Shown piece by piece: positions 12,054 to 24,292 of a stretch of DNA of 64,000 nt. The position numbers and the translations under genes are program-made. The notes below the pieces were generated by a model. That model had not been told where the DNA came from and ran no database searches. It worked only from the letters and a program-made list of their open reading frames with translations. The DNA comes from Lingula anatina (lineage: Eukaryota > Animalia > Brachiopoda). Positions within the stretch are counted from its first letter, which is position 1. Every line of letters begins with the position of its first letter. The DNA is taken from contig CM120648.1 in the NCBI GenBank assembly GCA_051362555.1, forward strand, positions 10,536,587 to 10,600,586, given 5' to 3'.

Positions 12054-12209
12054 ATACTCAAAGGTAAATGTTTGTTCAGCGAGCAAATCGCGGCCGTTTT
12101 CAAATAACGGGCGCACGCGTCTTAGGTAAAGAAAACAGCGTTGCAGACACGGCGTCGGGAGGGGTGTTAGCCTTCTTTTCATACCTATAGCCTTTTACAC
12201 TTAATTAGT
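12054..12209. promoter_or_regulatory. Duplicated conserved non-coding element (distal), upstream of HES-A
   Basis: Reverse-complement match to 37073-37227; core ~99 bp with about 8 mismatches. Confidence 0.7.
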
Positions 12210-14870
12210 CAGCAATTAACCCGATTCTTTCTTCCCGTCGCACGTTTGGTCTTGGACTTGGAAGTGACTAATGACAAATCAACCCTTGGGCAGTTCCTGG
12301 CGTGGCCGAAATGTCGGTAAGTAATGGGTGCTATCCCGTGATAACTCGTGGTCAGTTCCTTAATTTGGTCACTCTCCGGCTCAGTCCGCGCGTGCTGATG
12401 GTAATCTTGACCTTAAGGGGAACGGCCATAGAAGTGTTAAAAACACGGCAACCTTTAAAGAGCCATGACCTTTTGGCACGTGACTCCCTAAAAAAAAAAG
12501 GGATAAAAATCGAACCATATGAGACGGAGTTTAAAAAGAGAAAAAATAAAAGAGAGAGAGAAAAAAAAAACACTGTATTGTGGGTAAAAGTTCTGATGTA
12601 ATATGGTCAATTCTAGTTCAGTTTGTATATTAATTTCACGGCCCACTTCAAGCTCTTTAATGACTTTCCGCTTGACAAGTAGCTAAGGAACGGCGAGATT
12701 ATATGTTATTACGTATTGTTAAGAGGTGTTTACCGCCGAAGGGGCGTATTAGAAACTACATTACAACGCTACAGAAAATGCAACAGAAGCTTACTATAGG
12801 TGGTGAGAACCTAAAATGGAACATTGTTTGGGATACTTCTATGTACTTGCGGAGGACTGCACAGGCATATTAGAAAATATTACATTAACATTTCCACTAA
12901 AATATAATGATAAATAATGATATGAATATGACATCGTTTCTCTATCATGTGTCATGTGTCAGTAGGAAATGTCGTGGGCTTATAGTCTGAAATTTAGCCA
13001 TAAAATAATTTTCAAGCAAGAAAAGTTGTTTTTTTTAAATAGTTTTCATCCATATGCTGTTTCTCATTTTTAAGAGCATAAAAATAGAATTTAAGCAACC
13101 ATGCTGTTATCTCGAAACTTCATACATTTTATCAGAATGTCCAATTGTCCCAATAATTATGTGAATTTTTAATTTGTATATTAATGGCTGTATTAATCCT
13201 TGTTTTATCTTAGATATTTGTCTTTTGTTTGTTTGTTTGTTTGCTTGGTAGTTGGTTGAATATCTGTCTTTTTGTTATTAACTGTATGAAAAAAGACAAT
13301 GAAATGCACAAAGAAAAAAAAAAGATTATTTATATTTAAACTCTGAATCAACCGAAAATACCAGAATGCAAAGAGTTTGATACTGTAGTAGTGGCGACAT
13401 GATTTTACAGGATCCGAAAAAGTCATAACAGCAGATAGATGCTCAGTTATATAATTAAAACAAACTAATGGTAGTTATTCCTCACAAATTAAGAAGGATA
13501 TTTTATGACAGTTAATTGACTTTATTTTGGTGATAAGGTGACAAGGCCGACGTCACACGGGCAATGCCACACAAAGGCAAGGTGACACAGTGACAAGGTG
13601 ACAATGAGGTGGTGATTGTCACCACACCTGTCCTGACATTTCATGCCACCGCACGGTCACCTGACTCCTTAGGCTGTCACCGTAGAAATATGCCGATACG
13701 CATGCTGTTTGAAAATCCAATAGTTTTACATGGTTTAGATCCTTCGGTTTTATTATTTTTTAGTAGTAGTAGTAGTAGTAAAAGCAGTAAAAGTAGTAGT
13801 AGAAATAGTAGTAGTGGAAGTAATAGAAGTATTTATTTGGTGGTTGGTTGTATACCAGTCCTGTATGTACTATGACAGACGATTTGAGAATTTTATGCTC
13901 CTTACGTAACACTGAGTGAAACATTTAAGGGAAATTGGTTGCGATCATAGGTATTAATAAGTCAACAGAGCAGTAAAGTGTGGAAAACTCAGGGACTACA
14001 GATTAGGGAAAATGTCTGTGATTTGAGGTATCAAAATACTTGATCAGTTAGGTGTGAAAAATAAAGTAAAACAGGTTGTGGTCCTAAGAATCAACAACAT
14101 AGCTGTCGCGATATTTCAGACGTGGAAAACTCACAGACAAGTAAAACATATAGTTTAGAAAAAATACCTGGGATCTCCGGTAATTTTTAATTAATTTATT
14201 TATTTAATTGCCACCTTAAGGTGAATTAAATAAAGGGTAATGAGTCTGACATAGAATGTAACACACGCAAAAAAAATTGAAATCACACTAAATATGGTAA
14301 AGTAGAAAAATTTAACAAAGACTAGAAAAATATTAAAAACATTCAAAAGACAATTGATCAAGCTATCACATAAACAAATCATATCACGAGCTTTTTTAAA
14401 CTGTTGTACACAATTTATCATGTAAAAAGAATAGAATTTTTAGATTTTAGGTGATATATCTATCGGGCTATCTGTTCTCCATCACCAATTAATTCTATTA
14501 TAATTGTGCCAACTAAGGATTGTGTTCCAGAATGTGAAATGAAAATGATCTAAGATATTTGTCATAGTATTTATAGGACTGATGTGCAGCCTATAAAAAA
14601 TGTTTGAGGCAATACAATAAAAATAAATATCTTGATATCCCCTATGTGCCAGAGAGTTACGAGAAACTTCTTTGTAAACTTAACAGTTTTCGGTAAATTG
14701 AAAATAATAATGATAATAGTTATAATAGATAAAAGAACAAATAAAATGAATCGACCCATGATGACTGAGCGCTGTTTTTAACAGGCGCTTGAAAATATTC
14801 CCAAGCCTAATCTTCCCAACGTAGCCGTCATTTGTCGCACTTTCAGACCTTCTTTACACATGTCGTAACT

Positions 14871-15152
14871 CTACAGAGATTATTGGTACTACAATAAACG
14901 TCCATCGCAATCTGATTTGGTCCGATTGACCACCTCCAAAAAGTGGCCGCAGGGGACGAGCACCCTTTGCGTTGTTCAGATCCTTAAAAGGACTTAGCGA
15001 GTTAAGTGTGAATATTTGGGCCCTCGACGTCTATTATAACGCCAGGACGAGACGCCGCGTCGCCGCTGGAGTTGTGATACGCTGATTAAGCGTTCAGAGA
15101 ACACTAATAATAACACACAATACCGGCGTGTTCTGAAGGACGCGAGTGTTTT
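14871..15152. promoter_or_regulatory. Duplicated conserved non-coding element (proximal), upstream of HES-A
   Basis: Reverse-complement match to 33057-33338; about 8 mismatches over 14871-15110. Confidence 0.8.
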
Positions 15153-16088
15153 GGTTGTTAATTGCGAATCACAATATCCAGCTTTGAAACCGGACTTGGA
15201 GCACCAACTTTCCACCAAAGACACAGGAAGGATTTTTCACTAGATAGTAACTTCATTTCTGTGGTTATTCACTCACTAGTTATGCATATTTCTATCCTAT
15301 TTTTCGCATTTTCAACAACTACACCATCGTCCACGTGGTAAATTGAAATTTAGACTACCCTCTCCAGGATCACAAATCGATTTTTTTCACTGAATGTTTA
15401 CAGATATGTACCCTTTTCTCTACTGTGCACATAATTTATCCGACACCCTGGTGAAGGGTAACTTTAGACCATGGACCACCCAGATTTGCCTCCTTTGCGT
15501 TTTTTTTCTTTACTTAGTGTGCAGCATAGTGCGTATTATCTTGATTTCTCACAACTGAAATTAGATAAACTATTTTAAATTTTGAATAAGCCATATTTTT
15601 CGTATCGTTGATTTTACTTGTTGAACCACTAGCTTCATGTCCATAAATATTCTATGCCATTTTTAACAAAAACACATTCCAAATTCTTTGAAGAATTTTT
15701 ATTAAAATGATCCATTTTATAAATGGACAAAGTCATTTTCGTCCTGAGTCAAAGAACATTAATCCATGCCGACAATGTGTAAATAGGTAACTACTCTTAA
15801 CTGCAAGGATGGGTGCAGTGGAAATAAAGAATGATCAAGATAATAGAAATAAAATAACAGTCAAAGATGGATAGAAAAAACAAACTGACATTATCCCTAT
15901 TTGATTTTACTCAAAATATATCATGACACGTGACAACTATGCCTGAGAAAAGATAACCATATTTTTTAATCAGCAGATATCCTGAGTCAGTTCCGCGTGA
16001 CACTTGCCACATAATGATTGTTTACCATGTCATCATTATTACCCAATGAAATACACCGTGGCAAGCTGGGAAAGAAACGGAGCACCTG

Positions 16089-16154
16089 ATTGGTCAGAAG
16101 CGCGGGAATTCACCTGAGGTCGACCTGCTGTCCGCATTCGCACGCGTGATATAA
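16089..16154 (+). promoter_or_regulatory. HES-A core promoter region
   Basis: ATTGG (CCAAT box) 16089, GGAATTCACCTGA 16105-16117 shared with HES-B, CACGCGTG 16141-16148, TATAA 16150. Confidence 0.6.
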
Positions 16155-16300
16155 GGCGCTCACCTGGAAGTCCCAAGTCAAACGCTGTGACTGAAATCCG
16201 TCGTACATCTTAATTCAGCATCTAGAGAAAACTACTAGGTATAACTTAAACGTTCTAAATTACTATATTTACCAGAGCAAGATTACCACTGCTTTTTGAC

Positions 16301-18731
16301 ATGGAGGCGGATAAAGTTTTAAACAGAAAGGTGAGTTCTATGATTTTTAAAAGTTGTATACTTTGTTTTGCATTGTGGTAAATGAAAAAGCTTTGACTCT
16401 CTCTTCCATTCAGAACCCAAACGGTGTTTTTAGCCTTTTATTTCGTTGACTTAAGTCGACATCTTTACATGTCAGTACTGTAATTCATAGATACATCTAT
16501 TCCATAAAGTTTGAACAGCTTGAATCCAGTGAAATTACGCGGATCTAAACAGGAATGCAACGTTTTATTGATGGTTGATTAGTAAAAGAAAAGCAATCAA
16601 GAAAGACTGAAATGCTTACAGGCAATTTACCTTTAATATTTGAACAATCAAGCCAAGGCGACTTTATCAAAATTTTAGATCCGACACTCATCTGCTATGA
16701 GTATTCTTTCGATTTGGGGCAAACTGCACCGTGACCTTACTAATATTCAATAATACCAAAGCAAAAACAATATCATAATAATAATTTATAAATTATGGGG
16801 CGACTTGTAAAGTGATATTCCGTTTCCATCATATAATTAATACTGTGTAAACTTAACGACCAATTAGACCAGCGTTTAAAATAGATAAACAGGTGAAAAA
16901 GTAAGTTTTATCTGCTGGGGCACCTTGTAGTTGGTACGTTACCTCAGTGCACTTTAATTATTTTTTGACGGAATATTGTGTACGACTCGGGTGAATAAAT
17001 CATGGTTTTACTACTACTTATTTGTCAGTTTGTTTGTCCTGGTAGAGAGAGATAGAGATATGACGGGCTGATACGGTCTTCCTCCTTATTAGGGCGTCGA
17101 CACCTGTCAAAACCCGTGACAATCAGCGTTCTACTCCTCAACAAGGTGATTTCAGGTTTCGGGTCTTAACAAGTTAGATCTTTATCGGTTAATTATATAC
17201 CAGTCGCAAGCTTATAGAAATGCCATCGTTTCTTTCAGTATTTTACTACTTTTATAATGTGGATAACACTGTATTTCATACTGACCGCAGACAAAATTTA
17301 ATATACTCCTCGTCATGTTACCCTTAAAACAATCAAATACATAGCTGATGATAGCAGTCCTAACCTATCAGCGAAAGCGCTTAAATCGAGACAAACTTGA
17401 AGAAAACTAATTATGTGTAAGAGAACGCGTGATTAAAGGTTTTAAGCCCCAATTAGACCCTGGCAGGTAGCTTGTTTTTAGTTTTGATATAGAGATAGGA
17501 GTGCCCTTCTTGTTTTAGGGGAGGAGGGTGCTTGGGGGTTAATATACATGTAGGTGCATATGAGTTGACGTAAACAATTACTTTTCATATGTTATAACAC
17601 AGTTATTCCTGTATTAGCATATTTTCTAAGTCGGAGTATATACATGTATGTCATGTCACTTAAGAAGTGCACTTTGCTATAGGCCTAATGTGTAAATATA
17701 TTAATTGACAGATTATAAATCAATATTTTTAGGAGAAGATTATTTAAGAAAAACTTCATCTTAATTTTCTCTTAATCAAATCTTTTCTGTTTTATTTTAG
17801 AGTCTCAAACCACTGTTAGAGAAGCGTCGTCGCGCGCGCATCAACAGTTGTCTCGAAGAGCTGAAGACCATCATCCTCGACGTCATGGAGTCAGACGACG
17901 GCTGTAAGAGCTCGAAACTCGAGAAAGCTGACATCCTAGAGCTGACCGTCAGCTACTTGAAGAAATTAAGGAAAAACCAGCAAAACAGTACGTTTCATTA
18001 CATAATGTATTTCGTTGTTTTTTAGAGTAGGCCTACGTTTTACGTTTGGGAGGTAGGCCTATTAGAATGTAAAAATAATTATCAAAACATAAGTTGAGTT
18101 CCGAATTGAAAGAAAAAATAGACCACTGGAAATATTGTAATTTTAAACATTTTGGTTTGTCGTTGACTTATATAATTTGTTTTAACTTAAAAATAATCAA
18201 TTATTTATTTTTAACTCAGATTTGCCCATGGTATCAAGACAAGCCAGGCCCGCGACCTCTTCACCAACCTACGCGGACGGATACAATCACTGCGCCAATG
18301 AAATCAATTATTTCGTCAGCAAACAGACTATGAAACCAGAACTCAGACTCCAGATGCTCGATCATCTCGCTAACAGATTGCAGGCGTCAACCTCTCCTGA
18401 ACGTTCGTCGTCTCCTGATTCCACAAGCGAGTCCACAAGAGGTCGCATCGCCTCGCCTGCCAACTCCCCCGTGGATTTGTCTCTCGGCGCGACACCAAAA
18501 AACCATCTGCGCATCCGAAATGTAGAACTGAAAGGAGATCGCACGCTGAATATTGCAAATAAGTCAGTAAGAGATGAGCAAAAACAAACTGCGCCTCACA
18601 GTTATTTGTCAGCATCGTCCAATCAGATGAGAAGGCGCCATTTCGTTCGTGGTCATGGACGTCATTTTTCCAATTACCATGCCAACCATGGTTGTCAAGA
18701 AGAAAGTCAGATGATATGGCGACCCTGGTGA
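16301..18731 (+). CDS. Hairy/Enhancer-of-split family bHLH-Orange repressor (HES-A)
   Basis: Exons 16301-16330, 17801-17987, 18220-18731 in phase: NRK|[22 protein letters not shown]...[17 protein letters not shown], Orange [12 protein letters not shown]...[12 protein letters not shown]-terminal WRPW. Confidence 0.96.
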
Positions 18732-20399
18732 TGACGTTGACTTAGTTAAACCAAATATCTGACAAAAACAAACAATTTTATTGTGGTGTATACAATAATG
18801 GGAAGTTATTGGTAAATTATCTAATTCAATGCCAACATGAAATCAATTTGACAGTGAAATTCTGCAATGACGATCTACAGTGATGTAAATGAACAAGTAA
18901 AATATTATCTTTATAGGCCTATTTATTTATTTATTTTTTATTTGTATTGAAACAGAGAAACGCTCACTTTGAACTTTTCATGTTTTGTTAAAATAAATTA
19001 CAACGCCACATATAACTAACTATCCTCCTGCTGTCAAAGATTAATTTTGAAATCGACAAAAATAAATATTGAAAAAAATCACATGATACGATTTGATTAG
19101 TGTCAATTGATTGTTATACTATCTTCGGGACTATTTGCCTGTGTTAAAATGGTATTTGTCTGCGTATGTTTACGTATGCACGCGCGTCTGTCTGTGAATG
19201 TGTGCGCGTTTTTAAAAATGTCAAGCGTAAGGAAGACCTGGGCTAGTTGGACCCCGGGGAAAGTTTGTCCCTCGTCAATTCATGAAGAAGTACCTACGAG
19301 ATTAAAAGAAAAAAATGATCCATTAATTTTGTAAAGTGACTACAGTGGTTAAAAAGAGTCGGTCTTTAAAAAACTTTACTTGAGCAGTGAGTCCCAGTGA
19401 AAGTTTTCTGCATCTTCTCACTTGTAATGGTAATAAAGGCTGGTGAATTTCCCTCTTGCGGGTAAAGAAATAAAATTTACGCGAAAACGAGGTAAAATAT
19501 CACAAAATTATCCACGGTTTCGGTTTATCTTGGTAACGAAAGATAATGGCTGAAATTTCCTAAAAATAATTTATTTTTATAGTTTTTTCTACTAAAAACC
19601 ATTATTGGCCTTCAATGACGATTGGGAACCGTACTCCATAATTAAATATTATGCACTTTTCTTCAGCACGAGTAGAGATTTGTGTCATGAATAAGCCAGA
19701 GACATATCTGTGAAAATCTAGGGAAAAATGAATCTGTAATCTCTCTGGTAGAGGGAAATGATTGAATGCCCGTGATGCTAGGGTGGGAACATGTTGGTTT
19801 AATATGGGGCTAATGTGAGGCAGGTCTTTGAAAGTTTCCGTATATCTCCTGTCCCAAGGACAGAAAGAGTAAATCACACTGTCCCCGATGTCCAGCTAGT
19901 GAGCAAAGCATCAAAAGATCCTCCGCGAGTAATACCAATGTAGATAAAATAACCTGTCATATTGTACATGTAGACACACCCCTGTGACGTAACAACAGCG
20001 CGTGACGTTGCCAAGGGTGTGAACTGGATAATAATTAAGTCACCTCTTACTCGCAGTCACGAGGAGAACAAAGATTCCGACAGCTCCCGTTTTCGGTTGG
20101 ATCTTTTTATCTTTTCATCAAAAACCCCGCAAGTGACGGAAGCCAATTACTGACGATGAATATTTGATGTTATATTTTCCTCTCCTCAAGGTAATAAAAA
20201 GTCACTACAGGTGATTGTTCAGGTAAATTATTATCTATCCCGATTCTTCCTTCCTGTCCCGAGAAAGACTATTATCTTGTGACATATGAATTGTTTGATT
20301 GTCGTTTTCATACACTCGTTCAAAAAGGCTATATCTTTTAGGACTTTTTATTTATTCATCTATTTAGTTCTTATTACTAATTGATTCATAACAATTCAT

Positions 20400-20404
<5 letters not shown>

Positions 20405-20485
<81 letters not shown>
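20405..20485. repeat. (TTA)n microsatellite
   Basis: Near-pure trinucleotide run. Confidence 0.9.
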
Positions 20486-21448
20486 GTATTAATTAATGCA
20501 TAATAATTCATTTTTTTAATTTGTAAATTGCGACAAGGGGGGGGGCGTTTAAAAGAGAACGATTAAAAAAAGCACTTTGGGAATGAACTATAAAGAAAAT
20601 GGAATTCGCTGTTTGCATGTTTCAAAAATCACTGAAAAATTGCCTTTCAAATATTTGTTGTAACAGACATTTAAGCAACAATTCTGTCAGCGACATATGG
20701 AAGTATATACAGCGTAACACTGGTGGGATATGAATATCAAGAAGGGAAAGAAGCACAAACATAATCGCCCTCTTCCAAACCTCCCTCTCCCCCCCCCCCC
20801 CCCCCTTCCTGGCTCTGATATCCGCCTTTTGATAAACCTTGATGTCAGCTCACGAGTTCACGTAACTACCGTGCAATAAATTGGTTATTTCCACCTCGTG
20901 ATAAAATCATGGACTCTCGTGTGAGGCCCTCGAGGGGGAATGGACCTCGAGGGTTTTAGCCCAGCCCTAGTTTTGTGACTCAGTCTTTCCTCGAACCTTT
21001 ACAATGGTCATGAGTTCTTTAGCTTGACTTTTACCGGTCACCGCGTGAGACTGAATCATACATATTTATTTCGCAACGCTTGCACAAGGTGAAACGAGTA
21101 TATATCACACAAATGTACACTCTTGCCCAAAATGGTTGGTACACGGAAATTTTGGGATGCATATCGCCCTGTTTCTTTCATTATTATTTGATAGTACCAA
21201 ATTAAAACTGTTTATATTGTTAAATATGTGAAGCTGGGGGATTGGTTAAGTCATGGAGAAACAACCAATGCAAATGTGAAAAAAGCGTTAATTTATTTAG
21301 GTTTTTTTTCTCATGCCCCAAAAAAGAGTACCTTTTTTTACATAACAGTACCAAGTGAAAAATTAAATATAAATTTATACTGTGAGTGACAATTAATATG
21401 AAATTAGGGGAAATTGTCAAGAAACATCTTCAGAGTTCATTATTAATC

Positions 21449-21923
21449 TCAATAGCGGGTATGTCCACCCCGAGCTTGGTTAATGGCCGCCAAACGGCGT
21501 GGCATACTGTGAACTAGAGTTACAGCTCTTTGGAGAGAAATTCTGGTCCATTCATCTTGAAGGGCATCTCGCAATTCATATAGATTTGCACGGGGAGGGT
21601 TTCTCCTCTGAATAGCACGACCAAGTTCGTCCCACATGTGCTCAATTGGGTTTGCATCTGGGCTTATTGCTGGCTGTGGCATCAGCTGAATGTTGTTTTG
21701 TCGGATAAAGTCTGCAATTAAGCGGGCTGTGTGTTGAGTTGCATTGTCATGTTGCAATCTAAAATTGTCTCTGTATATCCCTCTTGCGAACGGTTCCAGG
21801 TTCTGCTGGAGAATGTCTCTGTATCTGGCAGCGTTAAGGTTTTCATCCAGAGGAACCAATGGGCAAATGCCGTTGCTGCAAATGGCACTCCAAAACTTGT
21901 ACAGAACCACCTCCTCCAGCTAT
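21449..21923 (-). pseudogene. Inverted copy of the Tc1 transposase C-terminal half
   Basis: QHDNATQH...SPDANPIEHMW...QARGGHTRY; mirror of the + strand copy with a small frameshift near the loop. Confidence 0.9.
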
Positions 21924-22452
21924 GAGAGTGCGTAGGCTCTCTGGGGGGAGGCTGTTTACTGAAAATATCCAGGAAACAATAGCTGGAGGAGGTGGTTCTG
22001 TACATGTTTGGGGTGCCATTTGCAGCAATGGCATTTGCCCATTGGTTCCTCTGGATGAAAACCTTAACGCTGCCAGATACAGAGACATTCTCCAGCAGAA
22101 CCTGGAACCGTTCGCAAGAGGGATATACAGAGACAATTTTAGATTGCAACATGACAATGCAACTCAACACACAGCCCGCTTAATTGCAGACTTTATCCGA
22201 CAAAACAACATTCAGCTGATGCCACAGCCAGCAATAAGCCCAGATGCAAACCCAATTGAGCACATGTGGGACGAACTTGGTCGTGCTATTCAGAGGAGAA
22301 ACCCTCCCCGTGCAAATCTATATGAATTGCGAGATGCCCTTCAAGATGAATGGACCAGAATTTCTCTCCAAAGAGCTGTAACTCTAGTTCACAGTATGCC
22401 ACGCCGTTTGGCGGCCATTATCCAAGCTCGGGGTGGACATACCCGCTATTGA
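21922..22452 (+). pseudogene. 5'-truncated Tc1 transposase (second D and E of DD34E; first D and paired DNA-binding domain absent)
   Basis: RVRR...GGGSVHVWGAI...QHDNA-(34 aa)-E(HMW)...GGHTRY*. Confidence 0.9.
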
Positions 22453-24247
22453 GATTAATAATGAACTCTGAAGATGTTTCTTGGCAATTTTCCCTAATTT
22501 CATATTAATTGTCACTCACAGTAAAAATTTATGTTTAATTTTTCACTTGGTACTGTTATGTAAAATAAAGTACTTTTTTGGGGCCATGTGAAAAAAAACC
22601 TAAATAAATTAACGCTTTTTTCACACTTCCATTGGTTGTTTCTCCTTGACTTTACCAATCCTCCAGCTTCACATATTTAACAATATAAACAGTATTAATT
22701 TGGTAATATCAATAATAATGAAAGAAACAGGGCGATATGCATCCCAAAATTCCGTGTACCAACCATTTTGGGCAAGAGTGTATATTAGTGGAAGATCAGC
22801 AAGTGTAAAGCATTGACTAAAATACGAAGACATTAGGTAGACGGTTAAGTGAAAGCGGGCTAAGTTTTTTTTTTATGTGGATATGGTAAATTTTTAAATA
22901 GATAAACTTTAAAAATAATTTGAATAAAAAAATATAGCCAAAAATTGAGTGGTGTCTTTTAAAATTTCTTAAAATTGTACCCACACAGTAGGGAATATAT
23001 ACATTGGAATTGAATTGGAGGGATAAACATATATTAACATATATCACTAGCAAATTTGTTTGCCGAAAAAAAGATGTTACTGATCTGAATTCTGAATTCC
23101 AAGTTAGTGAATTTCTCTCTTAAGCCGGCTGTGAACGGGCAGTCACACAGAACATGTTGCATAGTTCGCGCACGTACAATTTTCATACTGTTCAGCGACA
23201 TTTTATATGTTTGCATGCAGCTATGTGCAATAGCGAATGGCAAAATACCTGTAAACATTAGCTCTAAGTGACACATGCAACCTATAAATGAGAGGGAGGT
23301 AGAGTTTGATGAGTAAAAAGGTTGTAAATACAGTTACACGGAGATCATAATAAGTAACAAGACATTTTCATTGACTGAACTCATGTTTGGTAATACATCT
23401 ATAACAGACAATGTATGGATGACAAATGTATACCAGACATTATGATATGTATCTTGTAGCAAATGAAAATTAGAGGATTTAATTGCAAATAAGTATTTTC
23501 ATTTTAAGAGCACAATCAGCATATCAGATAATCTTCTTCACCTTTTATACCGGTGGTGAACCACGAGCTTTTAAAAAGAAAGAAAGAAAATATGTGTGAG
23601 AAGAACGTGAAATACTTACTCTCTGGGTTAAATTTGATGTTTTAAAGTAAAGGTCATTAACAACTGATCGACCATTCAACTTTCGTAAGTCAAGCAAAGA
23701 ATGAAATAAGCCCAACGTGTAAAATTCCTCTTCATATTGCACGTGCACAAGCATTCACTACGTACAGCAATGTCAGGGATTAATTTCTCAGCGTGAGGAA
23801 GGTGCAACAACGTTTTTATTTATGAAATTGATCTTTGGGATTACAAAAACTCGTGCCTTTGCCCGGCGGCGATTTTAATGCCAATGCCCCGACCTTCTGT
23901 GAACGCTCTGTACAAATCTCTTTCAGAACTTAATCAGAGCGTGCACTGCTATGTGCCCCGGCTTTAACTGAGAAAACAGCCCGAGGCGAAATGCGTGTGC
24001 CTTTTGAAGACGCAACCTTTGATTAATACTAGAAATCACGACGTCTCCTGAATAAAGGATTATTCGATTTAAGAAGGAATCTAACGTCAAAGCAGTAAAA
24101 TACCTAAGATTAATATAGATTTTATATGATGTTTCCCCTGATTCTTTTTCTTCGGAATTTTAACAGAAAATGTATAGATGTGGATTTGCGAGAATCACCA
24201 ACCAAGGTTAACGTGCTCTTAATAAAAATAATTAAATAACATGGCAG

Positions 24248-24292
<45 letters not shown>

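Larger units (their letters stand above)
21118..22780. mobile_element. Tc1 (DD34E) foldback derivative: ~805-bp inverted arms, 55-bp loop
   Basis: TA|CACTCTTGCCCAAAA...TTTTGGGCAAGAGTG|TA; arm 21118-21923 is the reverse complement of 21979-22780; loop 21924-21978. Confidence 0.95.

Noticed and set aside
11967-12182. ORF over the distal duplicated element (and ORFs 14994-15224, 33212-33394)
   Set aside because: The reading frames are not preserved as equivalent ORFs in the paralogous copies; the blocks look non-coding.
17030-17160. Possible paralogous element in HES first introns (versus 31150-31270)
   Set aside because: Only short scattered word matches; not distinguishable from chance by eye.
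21718-22452. Autonomous Tc1 transposase or several overlapping genes
   Set aside because: The N-terminal DNA-binding domain and first catalytic Asp are missing; the extra ORFs are mirror frames created by the palindrome.
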